57,079 nt of DNA, filler included, from Sluysia triapertura (GCA_046118255.1; 4 parts of 4 records of this genome joined end to end with filler, not necessarily neighbours in it), one strand, 5' to 3'; shown: positions 39,511 through 51,910, counted from the first letter of the whole stretch. Translations and numbers: made by a program. The notes: generated by a model from the letters alone, not told the origin.

Positions 39511-41091
39511 ACTTATAGAATTAAAACTAATGGTTACAATTATAAATCTTTTAAAAGTTCCATGTGTCAGCTAAGAGAAGTTATCACCAAATCCTTAGTA
39601 GCTATCTGGCAAGAGCAATTTTACTTGTGTTTAGTTGACGTTTGTCCTAAACCTTATATCGTTGATTTTTGATTTAACCTTGAGGTTTAATTAAGCAAAA
39701 TTATTTTCTCTACTTCAATTAAACAAAATTTTGTTTTCTCTAAACTTTAAATTTTAGATACTCATTAAATTAGAATAAAAATTAAAATAAAAATACATAC
39801 TTTCAAATATATAATCCAAATAATTTATTAATTAAATTTCAAAAGTTGTATTAATAAATTCAAAGTATACACATTATAAATCGATAAAGATTAAAATCAC
39901 ATTCATATAAAAATCAATAAAGTCACAATTACATACAACAAAATCTTTATTACACAAAAGGTTTTAATTATAAAGTATTAATTTTTTATTCTTGCTAGTC
40001 TTTGGTTCTTGTTATTATTGTTTATTAATCAGTTTATTAATAACATTTCATTTTAGTTACCTTTTCTTGATTAATCGTTAATTCCAGATATACTTACTAA
40101 ATTATTTTGTTAAGAGTTAAGACCTTCTAATTTAAAGAAATATGGAATTAAACTATACACAAACATAATATTTAATCTTGCCAGCATACAAATGCATCAC
40201 CATAAATTGTAGGCTGTAAGTGAATCTATTTTATGTACTTTGTGAGTTAGGATAAAATACTTGCAGATGTGAATAAGAAATTACTACAATAAAGTTAAAT
40301 ATCAAATTACCGGTGTTCATGGTGAAATAAACCTAAGCAAAATTTAGTGACGAATATTTTTTCAAATAAAATTATAGTTAAAATGTCAGATACAAAAAAA
40401 TCTTATTATCTTTGTTGAATACATAACAAGATAATAATAATACATGAAATTAAGAAGTTGAGCACTTTATATAATAACATGTTTACATATTAATAAGGCT
40501 TCTAGCTCACTATCTTTATAAATGTACTTAATTTAGAACTAAACCATCCTGACAATAAATGTAAAGTATTTTCGCAATGACTTTATAATATGTGCCAGTA
40601 CCATCCCAGTACTATCACATTCTCTAATAAACCTTTAATTTCTATAAATTTAACCATACAAAAGGGTGAAATATTTATATCTTTGAATTTATTCAAGAAT
40701 CAGGTAGAGAAATACACATTGAATAGAAAGTTGATGATAATAATTCATTTTGTGCCCAGTTTCTATTTTAATCACATACACTGCTTTAGTTTTAGGTAGC
40801 TTCCTTGAAAATATTCAACTAAATACTGATAATAATAAATCATAAACTGTAATATGTTACATTAATAACAATTTTTTAAATAAGATTTTTAAAATATTAC
40901 TTAATAATAAAAGAGAATAAAATAAAATATTAACTTATAGCGTGAGCTAATGGCAAGAAATTAATTTTTTTAAAATTATTCATTTGTTGTATTTTAAAAT
41001 TGCTACAATATATTTTTCTAAATTCTATTTGATATTAAACAAACAGAAAAAAATTTATATAAAAATACAAAAAAATTAGTTTAATGATAAA

Positions 41092-42084
41092 ATGAAAGTT
41101 GAAGAATTACCGTCGTTTATAAAACCAGCTTTTTCAGATTCACCATTATTTATGGCCATTCGAATTTTTATTGTTTTAATTGGTATTTTAGCAAATATAT
41201 CACTATTGTTGTTTTTAGTAAATCATAAAATCGGTTCAGTAAAAAGTAGTTTATTGGTTCGACTTCAGACAATATTAGATACCATTACACTTTTTGGTGT
41301 AATAGGGGCTATGTTTACAAATGTGAAAATCATTCCATTAAAAATCTTATGGCTATATCGTATATATTGTGCTGCATTCCACAACAACATAATATTTTGG
41401 ATGTCTTCTTTATGTTCTTCATATGTGCTCGTTTTAACTTCAATCGATCGGCTTTTAGTGGTAGTATTTCCGTTTAAATATCGAGATGTAACAATAGTTT
41501 ATTACAGAATTGGAATTGTAATTGCTGTTATGATCGCTATATTATTTAATATACCGTCATTTTTTGAAGGCAGTGCCCAAGTAATTGGTAATGGCACTTT
41601 ATACTGTCAATTTGAATGGGAAAAAGAATCATATTCTGATTTTTGGAAGGTACATTCGTACTTGTGGTTAACTATTTCTACTTTTATACCAGTTAGCATA
41701 TTAGTAATAATGTATATTCGTATTATAATTAGTTTACGAAGTACAAATAAAATAGTAGAAAATGATAAAATAAAGCAAATTAAACAAAAATTATCAATTC
41801 GATTTACTATTGCTTCTTTGATTATTTGCGCTTTTTATATTGTAACATATATAAGTGATGCTACTATTTACATGTTAAATGTGCTAGCAATTATAGATTT
41901 AAATTTAGCAAATCGATATTATTATTATTGTAACTTCTCACTTGGTTTTAATGCAATGATAAATCCATTCGTTTATCTTCTTTTAATGAAAAATTATAAA
42001 AACTATATTGTAAAATATCTATATTGTTGCAATAAAAAATCGAAAGAAGTGAACGAAATTACTGAAAATACTGAAGAAATGTGA
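41092..42084 (+). CDS. Class A (rhodopsin-family) GPCR, intronless, 330 aa
   Basis: Seven hydrophobic segments. GILAN (TM1), Cys at the top of TM3, SIDR (DRY variant), TM4 Pro, ECL2 Cys, FIP (TM5), INPFVY (NPxxY), C-terminal CC. Confidence 0.93.
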   Translation: MKVEELPSFIKPAFSDSPLFMAIRIFIVLIGILANISLLLFLVNHKIGSVKSSLLVRLQTILDTITLFGVIGAMFTNVKIIPLKILWLYRIYCAAFHNNIIFWMSSLCSSYVLVLTSIDRLLVVVFPFKYRDVTIVYYRIGIVIAVMIAILFNIPSFFEGSAQVIGNGTLYCQFEWEKESYSDFWKVHSYLWLTISTFIPVSILVIMYIRIIISLRSTNKIVENDKIKQIKQKLSIRFTIASLIICAFYIVTYISDATIYMLNVLAIIDLNLANRYYYYCNFSLGFNAMINPFVYLLLMKNYKNYIVKYLYCCNKKSKEVNEITENTEEM

Positions 42085-42889
42085 TTATATTGATAATGTT
42101 TTATATTAATTACTTTTTCTTACCACTTTATTTAGAAATTAAGGTAATGTAATATTTATTAAAATACTAATCAATAACATTTCAAAATCAATTTTATTTA
42201 AATTTTAAGTTATTTAATGTTCTATAAAATATGAATAAAAATACATAATATAATAAAAGTGGTGTGAAAGTGTAAAAGTTCCACATTTTTATTACACTTT
42301 TGTCTAAGCACGTCGCACGATAAATTTCATAATATAAAATGCAGTACATTTTAAAATTTTAAATTTTTAAATTACAATTAATATGTTAGATCGAGTTCGC
42401 AGAAAATTTAAAAATGTATTTTTTAATTTAGATTGCTTAATAATTTTTAGAGTGTCCCTTCTGAAAGTTTAAAAGCAAAAAATTTCGTTTGCATGTTTTA
42501 AATTTAAATTGTTACATCATTTATCATTCGAAGAAAAATAAAAGTGTTGAAATGATGTACAATCATAATTTTTCAATATGACAATAGGCAAAAAAATGCC
42601 AAATTTGCACAATAAAGACCAACAAACAGTAAGATTTTCAATAAACAGCTTTTAACAATCACTTTCTTAAATTCATCAAGGAGTGGTAGTCCAAAATAAA
42701 ATAATGATGAGAAAAGCAAATAAATGTTTTAATCAAGAAATGTTAAATCATAAATCAATTAATTTTATAGAGCACTAATAATATAAAAATTATGTTTAAA
42801 TAAGAAAAATTTAATAATATTCTAAGATTGAAAATAATAACAATATCATTATTATTAGATTAGCAAGGATGAAATTTGTAGTTAATAAC

Positions 42890-43065
42890 ATTGTTGAGGT
42901 ACAGACCTAAAAAGCCATTTAGAATAATGATAGTATAATTGACTTTAATAATGTAAAATTGTTATATGGAGCTTATAGCTTAGTGATCACGTTGGGTTCA
43001 CCAAATGTTAGATATCATTAAGTAGACTGACTGGATTCGAACCCGGGACCTCTTACCTCACTGCT
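42890..43065. repeat. tRNA-derived repeat, internally inverted
   Basis: Plus strand 42890-42985 matches the 30200-30112 spacer plus A box (TAGCTTAGTG). Minus strand 43055-43005 has GAGGTCCCGGGTTCGAATCCAGTCAG (B box) plus tail. Confidence 0.65.
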
Positions 43066-44719
43066 GTACAGTTTGATGAATTTAATACATGTATTTTAAA
43101 ATTATGACAAGTATTTACACGAATAGTAATAATATGTATAAATAAATATAAGGGATCAAAATAAATGTAAATTAGAATGTTTGGTCCACGATCACATATA
43201 TATTGTCTACGGTGCTTCTGTTACTGCTGGTACTGCTGTTTCTGTTGAATGAAGTACGTTCAAGATTATTTATATATACATTCATAAAGAGCAACACAGT
43301 TAAATTATATAGAAAAATTAAAATATATAAAGGCTATACAAACATTCATGAAAATAGGTGCACATTCACGGAGAGAAAAAGAAGTCAAAGTATTATTTAA
43401 TTATAGGTATACAAACAATACAAGCATTCACAAAAGTGGATGAAAATATTGGAATAATTTTGGAATAATAATCATTATAGAAAAGTAAAAATGGGAAGAT
43501 ATATAAACTTTCATATAAGAAGAGGTAATTGTGGTTGTCGTATTGGCAAATTCAAAAGATTAAAGAAGAAAATGTAAAAAGCACAAAAAAGGAAAGGAAA
43601 CCCCAAGGTAAGAGAAATTATAGTTACGTGAGATATTGAAGGGAATGGTCCTTATAGGTATTAAAGGAGGATTCTAGGAATAGCTTGATGCACTGGCGTG
43701 CTAAACCAGTAATATCAGCCTTAAGGAAGCCTAACCTTTCAACTACAGATCATTTTCTGGATCCCAAGGCCGGGGAAAAGGACATTTTAATTGGTCTTGG
43801 AGTTTTGCCTCTGGTAATATTAAATGTTAGGGACGACTGAAAGTTTTCGTAGTCATCATTATGGGATATGATGATTATGAGAAAGAGTTGTGAAGAATTA
43901 GTAGATTGCTATTGAATATCCGGTCTCATATATTCTCCAAATAGGAGAGTTTTGGTATCTTTTTTGACCGAGAAGCCAATTTGTTTTAGTTTACTAAGTA
44001 ATAATTTTACTGTAAGGCCAGTGATGGTATTTTGGCAAGAATTCGAAACCGCACCAATGAGGTAAGAGGAAGATTAAGTCGAATGTTTTGGGAATAAAAA
44101 TTAAGTTTCAGAATATTGTTCCTGGCTCTAGTCATGAAAATCCAACACTGGTTACTTAATTGTAGGGAAAAGGACGACCAGATAGAGGACTTTTCATGAA
44201 ACATTCGACAAAGTGACCTTTACCTTTACGGGATTTCAAGGAATTTGTGTTAGCAAGGATACTCAGCTCATGCAGATATTTTCAACTTTATCTTTTTTGG
44301 GATGAGTTAAGGATAAGAAGAAACATAAGGGTCATAACTCAAGATAACGAAATAAAAGAAACATCATTAAAGAATTAAGATAAGATATTATGATGCATTG
44401 TAATGGCAAAATAAGCATCTAAAATTCTTGAATCAAAACACAAGAATGAGAAATACGAAGAAATAACCATTTACAGAGTTTTCTTTGTTAAAATGTTAAA
44501 GTACATTTGTTAATTAAAATTTATTTAATTTGATAACTTAATAAAAAAATGTTTGCTCATTATATAATGATATTAGATTTAGTGTGTAATTATGAGTTTT
44601 CTTAGTATTTTTAATGATGAAGTATTACGAAGCACGTGGACTTAGATAAAGAAAAAATTAGTTATTTTAATTAATTTTTATAATTTAAAATTAAAATTAA
44701 ATGTTACAAATTTAAGTAT

Positions 44720-44819
44720 NNNNNNNNNNNNNNNNNNNNNNNNNNNNNNNNNNNNNNNNNNNNTTAATTAATTAANNNNNNNNNNNNNNNNNNNNNNNNN
44801 NNNNNNNNNNNNNNNNNNN
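44720..44819. other. Artificial contig linker
   Basis: N44-TTAATTAATTAA-N44. Confidence 0.95.
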
Positions 44820-45026
44820 ATAGTTCATGATAGTTAGATGGGATGGTCGTGTTTACTTTTGAATGAGTTTAGTAGTTCGTTTAATAGTTTGTGTATATGT
44901 GTAGCGTTTTTAAGCGATGGATTGTGATGAACTATATGTGATGAGTTATGATGAATATTATGTGATGAATTATGGTGAATACTATATGACGAGTTCCCTA
45001 CAATAAGCAAATAGTAATTATTTTCA

Positions 45027-45480
45027 ATGTTTGAACTGGAATATGTACACACATATTTCAAAATGCGTTTCAATGGTAGATGGATTCGAGCTATTATTGA
45101 TAACAGAGCTACCACATCTGTAATAAATTATAATTTTTTAACTACATGGGAACTTCTGTTTATGGATCCGCCACAAGCAATACTTTATAATGTACCAATA
45201 AATATGAATGGATAAATGGGTAAATGATTATATTTACGTTTGGGGAGATTCACCTTTTAATTTAATAATTGGTTTAGATATACTTGATAAGTTGGATGAC
45301 GTAGTTATACATAGTAAGTATGGTCTTATAAAATTTCCGCAATGTGCACAATTGCTACTTCCTCAGGTTGTTGTTCTATATCTTAACAATGACATTTCTC
45401 CGATTCATATTCCAACACCTTGTCCAGTATTACCACCTGGTCAGTTATGGATATATCATCTACTGACTCATGAATGTTAG
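45027..45480 (+). pseudogene. Degenerate retropepsin (LTR-retrotransposon-type aspartic protease), frameshifted
   Basis: MRFNGRWIRAIIDNRATTSVIN (ALIDSGA-type motif, mutated) and, in the next frame, FNLIIGLDILDKL (ILGxDFL motif). Confidence 0.75.
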
Positions 45481-46557
45481 CTGAAAAAGTGAAAGTAATT
45501 ATAAGATTAAGAAATCATCCTGGACACCGTTACTAGTATTAATGATTCTGTTTTAAACTCTAAATGGTATTTTTAAATCAATAGATATCGTAGAGGATGA
45601 GGAATATAGAAATATATGCAGCAATTAATTTAATGGAAAAGAAAAGTATATCGATTACAAATATTTACAATGAATATTTGGAAACAAAGTTTAGTTCAAA
45701 TTTGATATTTACTGCATTTACTTAGAACCTCAATTTATTGGTAAACCACATCATGTAGATAAAATTCCACGTTATCTGCAATATGCATATAGACCAATGC
45801 TAATAGCATTCGCATTGTGTGGTGGTCAACCTTTCACATTTTATAAAAATCCCTTTTCACAATATTACAAAACCATATAAACACTCAAAATATACAATTC
45901 ATATTCAAAAGTCAATATAAAACAATATCAAATCAAACCAACACATTATACATAAAACCTTATCCTTAAACATTTTAACATTCTCACGTTTATCTCCTCT
46001 ACATTCACCAAAACAATTCATCTACTAAAGTCATTTTATATCCACAGTCTCATAATATTTAAACCACAACAGCATTCTAAATCATTAAATTACATTAAAA
46101 AGTTACCTAAAATATTGTATCTCTCATCTCAAAACAACTCAAGCATAATCATATTCCAAAGTATTTAGACCATAATCACTTACATGTTAATAACATATCA
46201 GCTAGAAACATTATCTCAACATTAGAACGAGGTATCATTAAGACTGGTAAGTTAATCAGAAAAACCAAAGATACAAGAAAATATCATGTTCCTTCTTTAC
46301 CTATAACTTTTACATATGTTAAAAATGTTAAGACATAATAGAAAGATCGTGTTTATTAAAAGAGATATAAGAATTTCTGTGATTTTGGATAATAATAATG
46401 TTAACATTTTTTAATTTTTATTATTTTTATTTACAATTAAAAATATAAATTTGTTTTTAAACTACATTGATTTACAATGACAATGGTTTAGTGATAGTGG
46501 TTTACACATCAATCATATGGTTCATCTCTCAATTAATTAGTTCTCGATCTTTATTGT

Positions 46558-46619
46558 TGGTCGTCCAATCAGAGTTATTCTAATCATTAATTTTGTACGT
46601 TTCTCTGGTTGGACGGCCA
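46558..46619 (+). promoter_or_regulatory. Inverted-repeat module, copy 4 (stem 2; stem 1 degenerate at about 46460-46515)
   Basis: TGGTCGTCCAATCAGAG / CTCTGGTTGGACGGCCA. Confidence 0.75.
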
Positions 46620-46799
46620 GAGAAAATTTCTAATAAAATTTTTAGAAAATTTTTATTAGTAACAGCTGTTAAAAATATAAAGAATTTTTCTTACACAATT
46701 ATCACTGGTTAGACGATAAAAATTAATTATACTAATAAAAGAAACGAAACAAAAAAAGATTCAGATTATAAAATTAAAGAAAACGAAGAAATCGTTTAC

Positions 46800-47779
46800 A
46801 TGAGTTATTCAATTGATTACAGTAGACCTTTAGATTCACTGAAATTAACTGTAATTAGAAATTCTACTGTTAATCATGATAATGATGTAACTAAAAGATT
46901 GAAAAGTTATTTCACAAATGATGATGATGATAAAAATATCAACGAGATTAATAAGGAAGATGATGAAGAGAACGACGACGATGGCGATGGAAATATCAAT
47001 AAAAATAATAATGAAGATGATGGAGAAGATGAAGATTATGATCAAGAAAATTTTAAAAGTGATTTGGAAACTAATGCGAATAATAATAATAATTATAATA
47101 GGAATCAATTCACACCATCAAGTTCCTCACAAAACACCTTGGTCGATATACGTTTAAAGAATGTCATTCATGAACAAGATATTAAATTATATGATTATAG
47201 ACTATGCGCAGAAAAGATGCATGAAATATCATTACAAAGATAAAGCAATTTGATGATGATAAAATTACTGAGAAAACTGTTAGCATGTGAAATCTTATCC
47301 AACGGAAGGATCCAGCTATTAATTCTGTTGGCACGCAAAATAACAAAACATATTCAATACTATGTACTTATAATGCTAACCTGTATGGAGTATGTTCGAG
47401 ATTCAGATTTACGTGTACACGTGCACATACAATCAGTCAGATGCAGGAATTAGTATCAAACAACGATCAACAGCTAACTCATAGAAACAGGATGCATCAA
47501 TTATTAATGTCATTATATGACAATTCAACCGATGAAAAATTCGATTCGAAGACCAAATTGAATAGTCAAACCAGCAGTATGAATAGGGTTAAAGTAAAAT
47601 TTTATAAATTATACCACAGTAACTTATTGGTTATATTTTTCACTTCAGATTCTAGAATTTGTTTAAATGTAGCATGGCACGCTTTGGAAAAACTTGATTT
47701 AGTAAATATAATGACATTTTTTAGTAATAAATTTAAAAAATGTGTTGTTCTTATTATATTGTATATTGCCCTCAATTAA
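46800..47779 (+). pseudogene. Acidic N-terminus plus CCCH zinc-finger ORF, fragmented
   Basis: D/E/N-rich ORF 46800..47243. In the frame of ORF 47441, 47363-47428 reads CTYNANLYGVCSRFRFTCTRAH (C-x9-C-x6-C-x3-H). Confidence 0.65.
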
Positions 47780-47955
47780 TATGTTATGCAAATAATAATT
47801 TGAGTATTTTTTATAATTTTTGTAACTTTATTGTCCTAATTAACGGAAACTTATTAGTAAAATTCCTGATAAATAATAAATTTTCACTAAATTGTATTAT
47901 ACTATAATCATTTTTTTACCATTTTTAATTTAATTTCGTTATTTAATCAGTGATT

Positions 47956-48091
47956 ACTACTATCAATGGTGGCCTTGTTAGTTGCCATTGATAGTGGTTG
48001 GCTTTTCAACGTAAAAATAATTTGTGTTATTACTGGTTGTCCAATCAGAATGGCTCTCTTCATTATTTTTATCACTCTGGTTGGCCAGCTA
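47956..48091 (+). promoter_or_regulatory. Double inverted-repeat module, copy 5
   Basis: Stem 1: ACTACTATCAATGG (47956) / CCATTGATAGTGGT (47985-47998). Stem 2: TGGTTGTCCAATCAGAATG (48034) / CACTCTGGTTGGCCAGCTA (48073-48091). Confidence 0.75.
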
Positions 48092-48306
48092 ATAGAAATT
48101 CACTGTGAGGACATATACGTGTGCAAAAATTTATACATTATCAATTTAATGGGAGTCAAAAAATGTTTGCAAAGTGAGTAATGTCTACTGCTGAGTAAAT
48201 ATAGTAGTATTTGTGTTTATCAACAAAATAATCTGGCTGTTAAAGTTTATTTTTCTTATCATAAAAGCGCAAATTATGAATTATCTATAATCATATCGTA
48301 AATACA

Positions 48307-49611
48307 ATGGATTTTCTAGATTTAATTATAGACAAACATTTCTTAAAGCGAAAATCAACTATAGATCTGAGATTGCAAATAATTAAACCTACAAATACGA
48401 ATATAACGACTTTAACAATTGAATTTCAAGCTACCAATACATTCAACACAAGTACTTTGTTAAAATCATGTAAGTATAATCGAGAATATCATGTTCAGTA
48501 ACGACAATAATGTTTATATATTAGTACTTTAGTAAAAATTAATGAATCTTTTCTAATTTATTATATTTATTTACCTACACTCTAATCCTATGTTCGATGC
48601 CAATGTCCCAGGAGAATTTATTAATCAAAATTTAGAGCAGACTATTACCTCTATAAATTGCTATGAAAATATATTTGATGTTATAAAATGTGAAATTTGC
48701 ATTTCGAGAACAATACGAACTTAAGCATTGAAAACGTTATCAGGATTTTCTCTCGTATTTATTTAATTCTAAAAGCTAAAAGATCAAATGGAAACTTGAA
48801 AGAGCATGCCTTTCATGAAATTACAATGTCGATTCGTGCAGAACTATTTGAAAATTATAAAGATGAATTTGAGATGATCCAAGGGATGTTGAGTTTCCGA
48901 ATGGAAACAGGTGCAGAGCTCGCACCAATGATTGTTTGTATAATTTACAGTTATTCCGTCACTGGTAAAGGAATACTTATGGCCGATATACGATTGAAAG
49001 AGGATAATCTACTAAACACTAATATCATCAAAATGTTTATAACAAGATCAATGAATACAGGCTTAAATTTAATTTCAGACGAACTTCTACTAATAAATAT
49101 ATCCCAATTATATATTGAATATAAAGAAAAATGTAAAGAAGATTCTAAAAAAATTTCTGTATGTCATTATACTATTCCTTCTAAGTGTCATCGTTTTAGC
49201 CATATATCGAAGAGTATAATATGTATTCCATCAGTTCCTAGCAATTCAATGTTTCGTAAATAGTCCAATAAAGCATTAATTACAAGTCAACGCATTAGAA
49301 CTGCATTTTGCCCATATAGAAGTAACCTAAATGGTAGGTATACGAAATTCGGAATCAATTGTTTATGTGCGCAAACGATGAATCAGCTGGTGAATCATGG
49401 AGCCGAATGTACTTATTGCATGGATCACTTGTTCAGACTTACGAACTTGATGAATTGTATTGAAATAACAACTTCGAAAATATATAACAAAGTTAATTAT
49501 ACTGATTATAATAAAGTAATTTCCTTTTATTATCACACCAAAAACAATTTGATTTTCATTTTCTTTTTTGATAGCGAAACGTGGATGACCAAGAGCACCG
49601 AAGACATTTAA
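48307..49611 (+). pseudogene. Fragmented ORF with a degenerate CCCH finger, downstream of module copy 5
   Basis: ORFs 48307, 48697 and 49378. The last two are in frame across one TAG. 49309-49374 reads CPYRSNLNGRYTKFGINCLCAQ. AATAAA near 49649. Confidence 0.6.
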
Positions 49612-50349
49612 AGTTTTAAATATCCATATTTTTAAATTTTATATTTTGAATAAAAATTTTAGTTTATAAATTTTCTTTGTTCAATCATAAACTTTTAAAC
49701 TCAATTTTATATTTAAGATCGTTGAACATTAATTTAAGAATGGAAATTTTAGAATTTAAGATAATAAAAGGTTGCATTATCTTAAATCTATTAACCTATT
49801 TTCGTATAAATTAAAACCATATTTAGTAACAAAACATTTTTATCCACAACAAATGTCAAAGCTGTTATTGTCGGTCTGATTCTCAAATAAGTTTGGATGA
49901 TTTGTTTGAGACTAGGAATTGACTGGATGATGAGAGAGTATAAAATAAAAATTTCTAAATTTTTACAACACAGTAACAATGACAATTATGCAATTTCCAG
50001 TAAAGATCCATGCATATGGTAATGTTCTTGTTTATTTTTATTTTTGTTATTTTATTATTTTAAAATTAAAATAAGATAATTAATTGATTTTCTTTTAACT
50101 TTATTTTTGATTTTATTTTAATATAATTTTAATATAAGTTAATTTTGTGCTACTTTTGTTGTAAGTTTTTTATTTTATTTTCAGCCATTTTTAGAGTATT
50201 TTTGTGAGGAACTCTAAACAATTTTTGTAAAAGATTAAATTTGATTTTCAGCCATTTTCGAACTAGATTTGTGTGAAACACCCTACGCAATTTATTTTAT
50301 CGAAACATTAAATATTTCTACTTTAAATATTAATGTTAAGTTTTAGAAA

Positions 50350-50800
50350 GGATCTCTGCCCAAAAATTTTTATTATAATTGTGATTGTTCTTAGTTACGT
50401 TAACTAAAAATATTTAAGTAGAATAATTATTATTAACTTTCTAGATATTGATATTGTTAGTGTTTGTTGTGTCACTCCTGGTTTTTCAGTTAGATCGGAG
50501 TATTTTTAATATTATTATAAACGCTATAGTTAATTTTGTCATTTTAGTTATTTTTGGTATTGTTTGATGGAAAGTCATACTAATAACAATAAATTCTAAT
50601 TTGTTTTTTGTTTAATGGTAAATTATTGCCTTATTTTTGATTTGATTTTAAGAGCTTAATTTTGAGGAATAGTTATTAATATTAAGAGAATTACTGCAAA
50701 ATTACACTTGCTATAGTGACTACTTAAATTTTTAAGATTCTTTTAAGTTAATCAAGATAATATTGAGTTATCATAACTAATAATATTTAAAGACGCAGCA
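50350..50800 (-). repeat. Dispersed repeat segment C
   Basis: GTCACTCCTGGTT core and AAGATAATATTGAGTTATCATAACTAATAA shared with 39100-39510. Confidence 0.75.
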
Positions 50801-51240
50801 GTAATTCGAATTTAAATTTAATTTTACAGTCTTAAAATTTTCGATATTTGTTACCATTACGCCCAATTGCCATTATAACTTCAACGCAATCTAACAAAAA
50901 AACTTCACATTAACGAACATGTATAAAACACAAACACGATCTTTACAGCACGTCTCACTTTAACAATTATGCACAATTGTATAATCGTCATTATGAACAT
51001 TGTTGCCATTATTCTATTTTCTCTTATTATTGTTACTGCTCTATTTATGATTTTTATATTTTCTACTCGTGTATGTACGTATTAATAACAACTCTTGTCA
51101 TAATCTTTAACAAAATCAATCAATAAACAATCAAAATAAAAATGTGACACTAAAAAACAACAATTAATTTAATTGAATTATAATCAGAATCAGAATTTTT
51201 AAATTCAATTATCATAACTAGAAGTAACTGCCAATAGCAT

Positions 51241-51641
51241 CAAACTCCTGATTTAATGGATAAGATGTGTAATTTTGTTAACATCAATTCTTACAAAGAT
51301 GAAATGATACTAAAGAAATTATTTCACTGGTTTAATTGGCTTAATATACCTCAATGTCAAAGTGTTCTGATTCATATCAATTTATTGATTAATCCAAATC
51401 GTGAGAAAAGTAAACGTTGAACAACAAATGTGGAAATTTATAAATTTAGCTGCAGTTGCATTATGAGTTGAAATTACTTCATATTATTTATACCGTTTTC
51501 GAACTTACAGTGATCCGAAAATTCTACGAACAACTAAAACTGGTCGATGTGGAGAGTGGGTTGATTGCTTCAGATTAATTTTAATTATTTCTTGTAGCAC
51601 GTTATGTTACGGATTTGGTCGATCATGTGTGGTGTGAAGTT
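51241..51641 (+). pseudogene. NGLY1: Peptide:N-glycanase (PNGase) transglutaminase-domain fragment
   Basis: LKKLFHWFNWLNIPQC, RFRTYSDPKILRTTKTGRCGEWVDCF and RYVTDLVDHVWCEV match PNGase LLxWFK..FxWVN, RFPRYNxPxxLLxTRxGRCGEWANCF and RYVxDxxDHVWTEV. In-frame TGA at about 51418, plus deletions. Confidence 0.85.
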
Positions 51642-51704
51642 AATGGAAAACAATAGGTAAATTCAGTTCATCGATTAACTCGAGATGAAATTAAAGAACT
51701 ACTA

Positions 51705-51910
51705 TGCAATTGTGTGTTATCTGTGTTTCAGGTACAGAATGATAATATAATTTTGATAGTGGATAATGAATCATTATATAATTCATGTGTAAAACGACTT
51801 TTCATACATCAACCTACATTAAATAAAATAAATCGTATTATTTTTCAAACTATAAATTCATTTACTTTGTTATGCATTTTGTTTTCCACTAAATCAATTA
51901 GATTCTTAAA
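51705..51910 (+). pseudogene. Divergent alpha-tubulin internal fragment
   Basis: NCVLSV..IVDNESLYNSCVKRLFIHQPTLNKINRIIFQTINSFT..SIRF versus alpha-tubulin [42 protein letters not shown]. Confidence 0.75.

Larger units (their letters stand above)
45818..49851 (+). mobile_element. Putative 4.0-kb TGT...ACA element carrying two module+ORF cassettes
   Basis: Left end TGTGGTGGTCAA, right end TTATCCACAACA (9/12 inverted match), flanks ATTG / AATG. The rejoined flanks ATTGTCAAAGCTGTTATTGTCGGT resemble uninterrupted ATTATCGAAGCTGTTATTGTTGGT at about 29153-29176. Confidence 0.55.

Noticed and set aside
44920-44995. 24-bp tandem repeat (HHNSSH on the minus strand) as a CRISPR-like array or His-rich protein
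   Set aside because: Only about 3 contiguous degenerate units with no spacers. An ordinary minisatellite in a eukaryotic context.
47441-47779. HELZ helicase assignment (CCCH plus RMHQLL and WHALEKL similarities)
   Set aside because: Only short remembered motifs match and there are no helicase motifs. Cannot be supported without a profile search.
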